63,040 nucleotides of DNA from Ginglymostoma cirratum (lineage: Eukaryota), in the NCBI GenBank assembly GCA_024137785.1, contig JAHRHZ010000263.1, forward strand, positions 29,521,648 through 29,584,687. The letters are read 5' to 3'. The notes under the pieces were generated by a model, which made no database searches, was not told the DNA's origin, and saw nothing but the letters and a program-made list of their open reading frames with translations. This document shows, piece after piece, positions 38,860 to 51,647 of this stretch. Position 1 is the stretch's first letter. Every line of letters begins with the position of its first letter. A program made the position numbers and the translations under genes.

Positions 38860-39820
38860 TGGTTTATTTTTTTTTAATTCACTCGATGCGGATGTCAGTG
38901 CCTGTCCTGTGTTGCCCTCGAAGGTGGTGGAGCACTACTTTCTTGAACTCACAGTCCACATGGTGTAGATAAACACAATGCCCTTACGGAGAGAATTCCA
39001 GGACTTTGACCCAACGAGAGTGAAGGAGCATCCTTACATTTGAGTCAGGATGGTGACTGGCTTAGAGGAGAACCTGCAGGTGGTGGCATTCCCATGTATC
39101 TGCTGATCTTTGTCCCTCAAAATGGAAACGGTTGTGGGTTTGGAAAGTGTTTTCTAAGCATCTTTGGTGAATTTCTGCAGTGGGTCTGATTAATAGAACA
39201 GTGGTAATGAGTTTTGGTAGTGGAGGGAGTGATGCTTGTGGATGTGGTACCAATCAAGCAGGCTGCTGTCAAGATCCTTTTCTTGTTGGAGCTGCACCCA
39301 TCCAGGCAAGTAGAGTGTGTTTCATCAAACTGCTGACTTGTGCCTTTGTAGATAATGGACAGACTCTGGAGAGCTCGGCTTCACCAAGCAAGTGCTGCTT
39401 GACAGCACCGTTAATGACATCTTCCATCTCTTAAATGATTGAGAGTAGACTGACGGGGCAGTAATTAACTGGGTTGGATTTGTCCTGCTCTCTTTACCCC
39501 TACATTATCAACTGTACAACAGGAGCTTGGATAGGACAGCAGCAAGTTCTGGAGCACACTACTATTGCCAGAAGGTGCAGGGCCTATGGCCTTTGTAGTA
39601 ACTAGTACATTCAGCCATTTCATGCTATTACATGGAGTAAGTTGAATTGGCTGAAGACTAGCATCTATGATGCCACAGAGATGGATCATCCACTCGATAC
39701 TTCTGGCTGAAGAGTGCTGCAAAGAGCTTCAGCCTTATCTTTTGCACTGACATATCAGGCTCTTTGATGACTGAGGATGGAAAATACACGTGGAGCCTTC
39801 CCCTCTGTTGAGTTGTTCAG
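38860..39820 (-). mobile_element. Degenerate, internally deleted CR1/L2-group LINE
   Basis: Reverse complement of motifs in 26290-28590 (ttcccatgtatctgctg; ggtgaatttctgcagtg; attggctgaagactagcatct), with a T-rich tail at about 38862-38876. Confidence 0.65.
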
Positions 39821-39849
39821 TTGGTTGATCAATGGAGCCACAAGATAGA

Positions 39850-41412
39850 GTTGAAAAGTAGGGTTCTCAACAGATTTGTAACTACTCTTTTCTATAAGAA
39901 TGAATACTAACTAGTATAACTGTTGTGAAACTGACAATAAGGATCTACCCAATTTACAAGCCAATGATTAGCTTACATATGATAATTAATCATTACACAA
40001 TAGAATGTACAAACATCTACACTTAAGGCAGGTTAAAATTAAGGCACTTTAATTGAGGAAAAGAAAGTTGAGAATTTCAAGTAAAGTTTCATGCTACAAA
40101 AGTAGGCTTTTTTAATTAGTATCCCAAGCGTGGAAGCAAAAACATCCTTTCAATGTCAATTCCCAGCATTAAGTCAATTTAGATGTTAAGTGTACTTCAT
40201 GCCAGAACCATTTTACAGATTATAAATTTGAATAATTGAATTTCACTATTACAAATTCACAACTGTAAGTTACATCAACTTTTAAGTTGGGAAGCTCTCT
40301 CAAAATTTAGTATTTGAAGCTTTCAAAAATTGCACAAGTGCCAACTAGACTAGCCTGAGGCTACCATTATACCTTTTTTGTTTTAATATTGTGGTTTTAG
40401 TCACTGCTATTTCACTTTAAACACTGAAATTTGTATTGGTGCAAAAGCTATTCATTTTTGAAAAAAAAAAACACTATCCATAGATTAGGTACTGTTCTCC
40501 TGTCTGCACTTTGACAAAAAAGTGCAATACTCCACGGAGTGGCAAGTTGAATTGTACTCATACAGTATCCAGATATCATCATAACTAAAAGATGATCATA
40601 TTAGCAATGTATCAGAGATAATGTGTTGTGCAAGCAAAGAAATATTACAGAATAGTGCAACATGGTTTCTTTTAAGGTTGTGTCAAATGTAGATTTCATT
40701 AAGTTAATCTCTTTCCTTTATACTTCTCCAATTTGGACAAAATATCAAACCTGAAGGTGCCCAGTACCCAACTAAAGTAAATTTCAAAATTAGCTCAATT
40801 ATGGAAAATGGTTGCTTACATCCAAAAGAGCTCATGCATATCCACAAACAAGGGAGACAGACTGGTTTTTAATACCCCACATCCATTGCCTCAATTTCAG
40901 TTTGAAAAGTGATATTTCAACAGCTTAGGAATGCCAAATGCAAAGTTTATATCCAATGATGCAAGCATTCACATGTATTACTATTGGTGTATTAATCCAG
41001 TGCACTGTAAATAATGTGAATTCTGGCTTAACTAATCAAATGTAGAGCAGAGATTAGGTCAGAACTACAGAAATCTGAGGCAGCAAGATAGAACACCCAA
41101 TTACCCTTCATAGTGCCAACCATTTTTTTTGAAACTCATTTGTCTGCACAACTAAGGGTGAAAGTGCAGCATTCTTTGTACATTAGTGTTCATTCCAACA
41201 TCTGAAAATAAAGACAAAATAAGTTCACAAAAATCAACTTAGTATACAGAACATAAAGTGCAATCGGTTCTTCATTCTGCAAGATAAACTGCTGCTTGTC
41301 AGTTAAATAAAATCAAAATATACGCATTCACATAGCTTTCACTCAGGTACAAGATCAACATTTAAAATTCCATCAGCTGAGTTCCTCAAGATCTTCTCAA
41401 AGATGAAATTGT
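39850..41412 (-). other. SPART: Probable SPART 3' UTR
   Basis: Non-repetitive AT-rich sequence after the TGA. Candidate ATTAAA signals on the minus strand at 40110-40115 and 40048-40053. The true 3' end cannot be determined. Confidence 0.5.
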
Positions 41413-41602
41413 TCAATTTTTGTCTTGCTTCTCTGGTTTTTCTTGTAATCTATACTCAACTAGAATAGCATTTCCAGTTTCTTTCGCAGTGCGTCGTGCC
41501 ACAGCCTTGATACCCAAATGATCAATGTTAAAAGCTGTAACACCAACGTTGATGGCAGAGGTCACAGCATTGTCTGTAGCTTTCCCAGCAGCAGAGCCAT
41601 AC
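41413..41602 (-). CDS. SPART: SPART last coding exon (190 nt): (K)YGSAAGKATDNAVTSAINVGVTAFNIDHLGIKAVARRTAKETGNAILVEYRLQEKPEKQDKN*
   Basis: ataaag| acceptor, phase 2, TGA at 41415-41413. Matches the spartin senescence-domain C-terminus (recalled human YGYNAGEATHHAVDSAVNVGVTAYNI). Confidence 0.93.
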
Positions 41603-43916
41603 CTTTATCAGAAAGGAGCATTTCGACAATTTCAAGAAGCAAAGCAACCAGAAAAAATGCCAGATTTTTTGCCATGCTAACATGCTGCGCACTTTACACA
41701 ATTAATTTTATCCACATTTTAAGAAGGTTCTCTTTCCCACATGCCAGTCCTTTTCTGGAACTTGATCACAGATAAATTTGAATACATCTGCACATTACAA
41801 GTCAATTAACATAATCACAATACAAGAAACAAATTTGACTATTAAAATATACAGAATTAGCACAGTTGGCTAGAGAGAAGAGATAAGGATCAGGTTTTGA
41901 TTAGAGGCTGGGACCCTCTAAGTGAGAGCTGCAAGAACAAAAACAAGAAACAGGAGAAGGACATTCATTCCTCTAATCCTGCCTTGCCATTCCATAAGAT
42001 GTCCGGCCTCAATTACCATTGTGCCAGCTCCTTACAACCCTCAACTCCAATATTTCAAAGTTTATCTACTTTCTCCTTAAATACTTTCACTAATGTGAAG
42101 GGTCTGTTTCTGTGTTATGTGAATCTATGACTATCTAGCTTCCACACTCTCTGGGGTAGAGAATTCCAGACATTTGTTATCCTCAAGAAATTCTTTGTAC
42201 CAGTGAGGCAACTCTTGAGGCCTATATACCACCATGATTTTTTTCTCTCTGCTATTTCTCATCTCCAGTTAGATTATTCTCTTATCACAATTTATTACAC
42301 CTATATCACCACTCACCACTCACCACTGCAATGAAACATTACATATCAACAATGGTATCCCATCTTTCCTTTATTCTCTATTCCTCCACAATATCGAATA
42401 TCCTTGAATGTTGAGTACTAATCCTGATCACCATGCAACCACATGTCTGTAATAGCTGTAAAGTCACGTTCATTTATTTCTAAGTGTCATCAACTCATTT
42501 TCTGTTTACAAACACTATATGCATCCAATTAGAGTCTTAAACTTTGATTTTTTTGGCATTAACAACAATTTTGGTTTTAATTTCTCCTGCACTTTCCTGC
42601 TTATATTTTCTACCCCTTCCTGTCACACTTTGATTTGATTGCAGGGTAGTGAAGACACACTTATGCCCTCTCATCTATTCTTTAAAAACAAAAATTCAAA
42701 AGGGTTCCCCTTGAGTCCTCCCCACCAGACCCCTCAGTAATCAGTTTGAAGCCCCATTTATAACACTGCTTACACAATTAACTAGAATACTGTCCCAACA
42801 TAGTTCAACTGAAGCCCATCCCAATGGAACAGCTCATTCCCTAGTATGGGTGCCAGTGCCCCATGAATTGAATCCTATTTCTCCCACACCAGTCTTTGAG
42901 CCAGGCATTTATTTCTCTAATCTTATTTACCCTACATCAACTGCATGTGGCTCAGGTATTAGTCTAGAGATTATGTCCTTTGTGGTTCTGCATTTTAACC
43001 CAGAGTAGTTTGTAATTCCTCAATAGGACCTCCTCCTTAGTCTTGGTACCTATGTGGACATGAGAACTGGATCCTTTCCCTCCCACTCCAAGTTCCTCAT
43101 CAGCTTGAACCTTGGTGGCAACAGACTTCAGTTCTCTGCCTTTGCCACGCAGAACATAAGGGAACACTGCAAATTATGACATGTCAAGGAGAAACAGTCT
43201 CTTCCCTTGACAAGAAATAGCAACATTGGCATCACCATGTTCTTCTGGCTGAGATTAAGTAGCACAGCACGGGGATGAATTCTAGGATTATTCTGAAATA
43301 TAAATCACACATCAGTGTGAGCCATCATCCACAATGAAAAAATCTTTGTGCTGGTGAGATTTTTCAGTTGACAATAATCCGATCTGGAGCAATAATACTA
43401 AAGCAGTCGATTAACCATTTAAGATATTTGATTAACCCTCCTCTAAACCTAAGGAAGTGATATACCAATGATGGTAAAAGGGACCAAATTTTAGAAATAC
43501 ATTAAATACCAGTTTATATCATTGGCAACATAGATTAGGTTAATGGTAAACAGGGATTCTATTTTTCATTAAATTTGACAAATTATTAGATTACCTCCTA
43601 TGTGGGTAGACTAATTCCCCATAGAATACAGGGTCGGAGGAAAGAACTAACAATCAGTAGGACACTGGAGAAAATAAGTCACTCAGCATAAGCACACCTA
43701 AATGATTCACAACAAAAAAATCGTAATGTATTGTCAGAAAGGGGAAAGCTGATTTAAAGCAATTAATATCAAGATGCTTGAAGCAATTTAATTTGTTTTT
43801 GAAATGTAACTTGTGTATCTGTAACAAAGTATGAAGCACAGTTATGAACAAAATAATGTACTGTTTTTGTAAATTGCATTTCTAATTAATTCTGTTTTAA
43901 ATAAACAAGTACTTAC

Positions 43917-44007
43917 TTATGTTTCACTGTGTGGACAGTCTCTGCTGCAACATTCTTGGCTATGCACTTTGCTGCACACTCTAAACCATTCCAAACAGTG
44001 GCAAATC
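43917..44007 (-). CDS. SPART: SPART coding exon 6 (91 nt): (G)FATVWNGLECAAKCIAKNVAAETVHTVKH
   Basis: ttgcag| acceptor and |gtaagt donor, phase 1 to 2. Matches recalled human GFSTVWQGLECAAKCI. Confidence 0.95.
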
Positions 44008-45514
44008 CTGCAAGTTAAAAAAAAACTGCAGTTTACATGAATTGATTATTCACCTCGGGGGTCACACAAGGATTTGGGGTAGTCCTCCATTTCCAGTCAA
44101 TATTGTTCAAAAATGTGATTAGCTCCCAATGGCTGAGTAAGGAAACAAGAAAACATTAAACAGACCAAATCACTGGAAGGTGCAAGTAGGGCCTTTAGTC
44201 TGACGGAGATCACTAACGTAGAATGGAGCAAAGATACCATTAACACTTGAAGGCAAGGCAAAGGACTTTTATGTCAGTTCATAAGAATAAAGGAGTTAGT
44301 GAAGCCTCACAAAAACTTTGGAAATGTTGGAGTTTCAGAGAACAAGGGAACCATTAACCACGAACCTTCCTTTAACAGTTTGAACTTACAGGTTACAGAG
44401 GTTAAAGTGACAGGTTGGAGGAATAGAACCTCAAAAGATTGTTAATTATGCATTTTAATACTAAATAGTAATAGTTCAGTGAGGAAACACATCTTTACAC
44501 AAGTGCAGCAGTCTCTAACTCAGGAAAGCATTAACAGATGGATCAACAAATAATTTGAGTCTAAAATGGGAAGATTTTTGCTAGCCAATGGGAGCAAGAG
44601 ATTACGGAACTAAGGTGTATAACTGGACTGGACTTTGGTTAGGCCATAGCTGAAGCACTGCAGGCAGTTCAGATCACCAAACTGTAGGAAGGATCACCAG
44701 GATGTTGCCGGGATGGAACAGTTTGTTGAGGGGGGCTTTGGAGCAGAGAAGGCACAGAGGAGACCTGTTTGAAGTGTAAAAGGGACATGGACAGGGCACA
44801 CAGGAAGCAGTGGTTCCACTTAGTGAAGGGTTAAATGACAAGAAAGAGTAAATAAGGTTAAGGTGAAAGGCAAGAGATTTAGTCGGAGCGTGGGGAAAAA
44901 TGTCTTCACCTGGAAAATGGTGGGAATTTGGAATGCACTGCCTGGGAGTGTATTTTGAGGCAGGAAACCTTGCCACCTTTAAACAATTTATGTAGATGAA
45001 CACCTGAAATGTAATAACATTCAAGGTTTGGGCCAAGTGGTGGAAAGTGAAACTAGAATAGATTTAGAGTTTTTTTTTGAACATGCGGACTTGATGGGCC
45101 ATGGGTCTCCTCTATACAGCATGATTCTATGGTGACTAAATGGGAGTTAGAACATAATCAGATACAACTTCTTTGAAGAGCAGTTTAATGAGGTAACACT
45201 GTTCCAATTAAGGTTTCCTCCTTTTGGGGGCAGTTTCTGCTTCAGTACAATTTACATTACATTCATCTACATTGAACTGAATTGAATTGCACTGCCACCT
45301 ACTGGCCCAGTTATCCACTAGATTGAAAACCTTCTGATTCTGGTTGTACTGTTCCTTATTTGTCATGCTCAACTGTCAAGGAGATCTCAGCTGGAATACT
45401 GTCCACAATTCTGATCACGAAAATACAGCATAGTTTACTCTTCAGAGTACACAGAAACTTCTGGGGACCAATAAACTTTAAGGAACTTCAGTTTATCGTC
45501 AGAAAAAAGGAGAT

Positions 45515-45676
45515 CTTTCCTCTCCTCTATCCATCCTCTATCCGCCTCCCCCTCTCTCCCTATTTATTTCAGAACCCTCTTCCCCTCCCCCATTTCTGAT
45601 GAAGGGTTTAGGCCCGAAACGTCGAGTTTTCCTGCTCGACCTGCTGTGTTCATCCAGCCCCATGCTTGTTATCTCG
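45515..45676 (+). mobile_element. Solo Penelope-like pseudo-LTR
   Basis: Near-identical to 36380-36547. Confidence 0.8.
45593..45626 (+). ncRNA. Minimal type I hammerhead ribozyme motif
   Basis: CTGATGA (45596-45602), stem II aGGG/tttagg/CCC, GAAAC-GTC (45616-45623) with the ACGT palindrome. Stem I (ttt/gag) is weak. Confidence 0.6.
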
Positions 45677-47246
45677 ATCTTTCAATTCTGACCAGTTGTT
45701 CGCAGTAAATCATATAAATCCCACAGTCAAAGTCAAACATTATGGAGTCAAGAGTAACAGGGAAGTGAATTAAGCTTTTCACCTAGAGAATAATAAAGCT
45801 ATAGACCAGGAATGGTTTATTCAAGTGAACAATCTATTTGGAATGAAGGCAAAATGGATCAAAACTGTTTCAGAAGTAGGAAGCAACGGGTAACTGTTGA
45901 TGAGTCCTATTGTTCCCAATTGGGTTCCGCATGGCCTAGTACAAGACCCTTGTTTCTTGTGGTATACAAATGATTGCCCTTTAGAGGCTATTAGAAAATT
46001 TTGAGAGAATACAAAATAACTGCTTAGTTGCTAATGATATAGAAAACTGTACACCACAGGAGGATATCAATGGACTAGTCAGGTGGATTGAACATTGACA
46101 AATGGAATTCAATCTGAAGAATCAGGCAATGCAGTTGTGAAGCCTAAAAATGTATGAAAACAGTAGGAAACTAAAGCATAGAGGAACAGAAGGAGCTTGC
46201 AGCGTATACTCATAGAAGTGGCTGGACAGGAAAATACTTGGCTAACTTGCTTCTATTAACTAGGTGCAGAATTGCAGTTGAGCAGTTATGCTGGAATTCT
46301 ATAAAACATATGTTAAGCCACAGTTGTTTTCTTAGGGACAGAGTAAGCAGAATAGAGACCTAATTGCAGTGATTAATATCATAAGAGGATTTAAATGCAA
46401 CAAATAGGAAGGGATTCAAATCTATGCCCCTTGAAAGAAAGCAGGCTTCGTGGGAATTCAAGGGAAATCTTTTCACTTGGATGGGAATATGGAACACTGT
46501 CTGGAAAGTGTAATAGAGGCAAAAAATCAGCTATTAAAGTCATGCACATGAAGCACCATATCTACAGACCAAGAGATGGAGATAGGATAAACCTAAATTA
46601 CTACTTATTGGCTACTGTGAATACAATGGGCAGAATGGCCTCCTTCAATACAATACATTCCATTCATGGGAAGTGGGTGTCACTGGTTAGGCCAGTATTT
46701 ATTGTCCACCTTAATTACCCAGAGGGCAGTTGACCACATGTGGGTCTGGAGTCACACACAGGTAATTTACAGCAGTTTCATTAGGGAACCAAAATTAATT
46801 TTTAATGACAACTGACAATGATTTCATGACCATTAGACTCAATATCAGTGTTTTTTAATGAATTCAAATTCCACCATCTGCCACAGTGGGTTTTGAATCC
46901 AAGTCCTCTGGACATTTCCTAGTTCTCGGAATTAATAGTCTAGCAATAATACCACTATAGTCTAAACAATGTGACATATTTCTAGAAGAGCAAAGAGGTA
47001 AACTGAAGTGATTAGTAAGCCTTGATGGATCACATGCCCTTCTTCTGTGCTTAAAAAGTTATGTTCAGTTATTAAAGTTCTCCACTAATCCAGATAATGC
47101 ATACCTGAAATGGTTACACAAATTAACATAGTATCCCTTTGATTTCTGCAAGTTTAATACAAAAAACTGATTTAAAAAGACAGTGAATCAAACATGTTTA
47201 ACTACTTGGAGAAGTTGAAAGGAAGCCAAATAAAATCAACACGTAC

Positions 47247-47405
47247 CTTGAACGCCACTTGCTGCCACCACCAGGGCTCCATCTAGATTGGCTTTTGAAT
47301 TATTATCTTTCTTTATAGCTTCTGGAATCAGTTTACTTCCATGTTTCTTTACATGTGGAGCCAGCTCTTTTCCAACAGTACTAGCAACAGCACAAAGTCC
47401 ATCCA
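47247..47405 (-). CDS. SPART: SPART coding exon 5 (159 nt): (V)DGLCAVASTVGKELAPHVKKHGSKLIPEAIKKDNNSKANLDGALVVAASGVQ
   Basis: ctcag| acceptor and |gtacgt donor, phase 1 to 1. GKELAPHVKKHGSKL matches spartin. Confidence 0.95.
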
Positions 47406-47887
47406 CTGAGAATTTAAAACAACATCCTTAACTTCATGATTCTGACAAATTCAACTGCTCAATAAACTTGCAATAAGGAGCTTCAGTCTAACTTAAATAC
47501 AAAAACCTCATTGTTGAAAACCTTATCTTACGTATCATAAATCAAATAGTAAAGACGAAGCCAAAGTGAAAGCTGCAATCTGTTTTTTTCCACCATTTGT
47601 CATTATATTGCTCTTGTGGGGTTGATACCTGAAATTATTCTCCTTTTACAAGCTACAGCTCCATTATGCCTTTAACAAAATTTATATTTGCTTGGGTGGT
47701 TCTTGCCACTTTTTAAAAAGAAACTACAGGTGGAACACTCCCTATATACTGAGTTACTTTCTTAAAAGCACCTCTTGTCCCATTTTTGTAGTTTACAACA
47801 GACTAGCAGGCAACTGTAGTTACAAAATTGCATGGTTCTCCTGGTCAGTGGCAATGCAAAAGCATATGTCAATGATGACATTTAAAC

Positions 47888-48702
47888 AGAACATAAGAAC
47901 ATAAGAACTAGGAGCAGGAGTAGGCCATGTGGCCCCTCGAGCCTGCCCTGCCATTTAATAAGATCATGGCTGATCTTTGAGACTCAGCTCCACTCACCCG
48001 CCCACTCACCATAATGCTTAATTCCTTTACCTTTCAAAAATTTATCTAGCCTTGCCTTAAAAACACTCAGTGAGGTAGCTTCAACCACTTCACTGGGCAG
48101 GGAATTCCACAGATTCACAACCCTTTGGGTGAAGAAGTTCCTCCTGACCTCAGTCCTATATCTACTTCCTTTTATTTTTGAGGCTATGCCCTCTAGTCCT
48201 AGTTTGCTAGCGGAAACAACCTCCCTGCCTCCACTTTACCTATTCCCTTCATAATCTTATATGTTTCTATAAGATCTCCCCTCATTCTTCTGAATTCCAA
48301 TGAGTATAATCCCAGTCTACTCAGTCTCTCCTCATAATCCAACCCTCAACTCTGGAATCAAGCGAGTGAATCTCCTCTGCACTCCCTCCAATGCTAGTAT
48401 ATCTCTTCTCAAGTAGGGAGACCAAAACTGCACACACTACTCCAGGTGTGGCCTCACCAGAACCCTATACAGCTGCAGCATAGCCTCCCTGTTTTTAAAC
48501 TCCATGCCTCAAGCAATGGCAGACAAAATTCCATTTGCCTTTTAAATCACCTGCTGCACCTGCAATCCCACCTTCAGCAATTCATACACAAGGACACCCA
48601 AGTCCCTCTGCACAGCATCGTGCTGCAATTTTTTACCATTTAAAACATAGTCCATTTTGCTGTTATTCCTACCAAAATGGATGACCTCACAGTTATCAAC
48701 AT
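47888..48702 (-). mobile_element. Relatively young CR1-like LINE 3' fragment
   Basis: Begins with the tandem 3' tail (aga)acataagaacataagaac and continues through the reverse complement of the CR1 ORF2 C-terminus (..ccaggtgtggcctcaccag.., LVRPHLE). Confidence 0.85.
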
Positions 48703-50940
48703 CCTTAACTTTCTGTTGGCTGCAGAAACTTATTCTCCCAGCTGCAAGGAGGGCCCATCAGTGAGTTAAGTAAAAAAATGTTACTGCACCACAGTTTCAA
48801 TGCTTTTTATTCAAGCACTCTAATATTTCAATTCCTTGGAGGTGTACATACAGGTGAAACACAATCACGTGTTTATAATCATTTTTAAGCATAGTTTTAA
48901 TTCCAGTTTCCCGCCCCACCACTCATCCCTCCCATTTCTGCTCACAACCACCAAAATCCAACAACTGCTCTTCTCATAAGTACCTTCTACAACCTCTCCC
49001 ATGCAATCTCTATACAATCATTCTCAGTTCCCATCCCATGCGCCATAGTTGGGCAATCAGTTAGATTAATTCAGTGGAGCAGCTTAATTCTACTTGATGC
49101 AACTATTGACACTACAGTTTGTTGGTAATGATAACATGTTAGAATCCTGTAAGGAAATATAGAAGTAAGAAATTTTCAAATCGTACTGAGCGCAACCTAG
49201 CTTTTTATAATAACACAATAGAGTTCTACCATCTTGAGATAGTCAATTCCTGTGTAAGCCATTCCTTCAATGTAGCCTACTTTGATATTATTTAGGCAAC
49301 ATGCTGAGGATTCTTTGGTCCAGTTCATCTGCAGAAACAGTGTATCAGTGAAAATACACTCGGCTATTTATCATTATCTATGTATTAGATACAGGGCAAG
49401 TTATTGCAAATATCTGGATCAAAGTCCATGTTAACATTTTAGTGGTGGTTTTTATTTAGAGAGACTGTCTGAACATCTAAACAAAATATCCACACAAGTC
49501 AGAACGGAAAACAAAAGGTATAAGAACAGGTGGTCTGACTTAGTTAAATAACCTTCAGATTGATTAACCTTAGAAATTTTGAAGGAAGAAAGTAGTAACA
49601 CAGGGTACAAAACAGTTATAAACCATACTATTAAGCTAACGGTGATTTGGTGGCGCTCAATATTTTCATATACAAGAAATCTTGAGCTTATTTTGGTTTT
49701 TAAAAAGAAATGTTTGTAGGGGTCAAAATTTTTCCAAGGCATCCTCTTGATTACAGAGATCAAATTTTGATTTTTTTCATTTCTCATTCTCATTGATTAG
49801 GTGATGCTATCACATAACAGTACCTGTAAACAACTGGCACAGAAGCAGGTTTAGTAGAATTCATCAATATCTTCAATAATTACAACCTTCCATTAAACTT
49901 TTAGCCAGATCAAAGAAAGCATTGATTTCAGGGAGCATTAATTCCCAGTGCTTAAAATTGGTACAAAAGAAGACATAAAAGTTAACAATAAGACACTTTT
50001 TCAAAACAGCTGTTTCACTTTGACATAGCCACAATTTTAACACATCTTTCAGAGATTGGTGAGCTCACAGCTAATGTTTTCATTGTATATACACAAAGCT
50101 GGAAAATGTCACCCAAGCACTGACTATTCTGCATACTGCAAATCCGACATCAATCCCAAATTTAAATTTAACAATGAATAGTTTTGATTACAATAGCAGC
50201 CACTACATTTCTCCTTCCTACATAAGATCCTGAACATATGCAGCCTTAGGCTAGAGATTCTACATTAGTTGCAAGGAATTCATTCCCTCAGCAATATCAA
50301 GTTTTCCCTGGTTTGCAGTTAGATGGGATTCCTTTTTGTTCAATTTAAAACCATTTTCACACTTTCACAGCCTCCTCCTCCATTTCCACGTATCCATTTC
50401 TCACTCAGCCAGTCAAAGTTTAAACTTTTAACAACATTGCAAGTTAGTCAAGAGCATGCACAAACCACAGGAATTCTTTAAACGTGATCCAAAGATATAC
50501 CTCCAGCTAATATCTACTGGCTTTTTTCATACTGTGACCTGTAGCCCCACTTGGAAGTTAAAACTTGCCATGGTCCCAAACATAGAACAGCTGGGATGGG
50601 ATGGTAGGGGAAAGGAGGGACGCTCGGTGAGTGGGAAGGATGCACATAATCCACATAAATTAAGTCAGGATTTTACAAGACAGTAATGAGGCATCAAGAA
50701 TCAGCCAGGTAAGCCATCCCAGTATTCAAAAACTGGGAATTTAAAAGGAGTCTTACAGCTGTCAGTTGGAACTCCATAGCAACCATTGCTGTCTAGGAGC
50801 TTGTAACACCAAAATCTTGTTGGCAACCCCGCTGGGAGTCACATCCAAGTTTAGGGAGTCTTTTTCTATTATTATTAACCATTTTTAGATTCGTAAGAAA
50901 TCCTTAAGTGAATATTAAAGGGTATTGGTTGTTAGCTTAC

Positions 50941-51135
50941 CCAAGAACTGGCTGACTTTTACAGCACCTCCTGTTGCTTGTCTTGCAACACTGAGTCCTT
51001 TTTCCACTGTTGGACTTATTTTTACAGGCTTATCTTCAGGCTGAATATGCGTTCTCAGTTTAGAAGCTCCTTTCTGGATTGCTTTACCAGTGAATTCAGC
51101 TCCCTTAACTAGACCCCAGCTCAACCAAGAGGCCC
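50941..51135 (-). CDS. SPART: SPART coding exon 4 (195 nt): (G)ASWLSWGLVKGAEFTGKAIQKGASKLRTHIQPEDKPVKISPTVEKGLSVARQATGGAVKVSQFL
   Basis: tttttcag| acceptor and |gtaagc donor, phase 1 to 1. Senescence-domain sequence (ORF 50915-51124). Confidence 0.96.
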
Positions 51136-51520
51136 CTGAAAAATAACATTAAATTGTTATAAAGTAGATTTTCCACCATTTTGCTCAGTATACACTAACA
51201 GGCGATAAATTTAATTGTGATGCTTATAGAAATAGGTAATGCGATATCCTTTATCAAACAATGTTTCCATACATATGCAGAATACAACACAAGTATCCAA
51301 GCAGCTCCTGTCTAATTCTAAGGATTAGATATTGAAACCAGCTGGAACCACAACAGCATCAAATATTTTGACACTGAGCTTATTTTATCAGTTAAGCAAT
51401 GAATTTCAGAAGAATCAGTTAGCAACTCAAAAGGTTGTGAGCACTTAAAAGTACATTCCTGATGGTGAAATTCACATCTTCGAAAAACAGTTCTCTCACT
51501 TATGTACAATAATTGCTCAC

Positions 51521-51647
51521 CCGTTAGAATTCCACGGGCCATTTTTCCACTCCACTCTGGTATAGCCTCTTGGTTACTAACTTCTGATTCATGGCAAATT
51601 GGAACAGTCTGGCTCAAATTAAGTTCTCCAGATGAAGCTTCTGGATC
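51521..51647 (-). CDS. SPART: SPART coding exon 3 (127 nt): DPEASSGELNLSQTVPICHESEVSNQEAIPEWSGKMARGILT
   Basis: tttcttag| acceptor and |gtgagc donor, phase 0 to 1. Matches recalled human EVNLSHIVP..LPEWSEKVAHNILSG. Confidence 0.92.
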
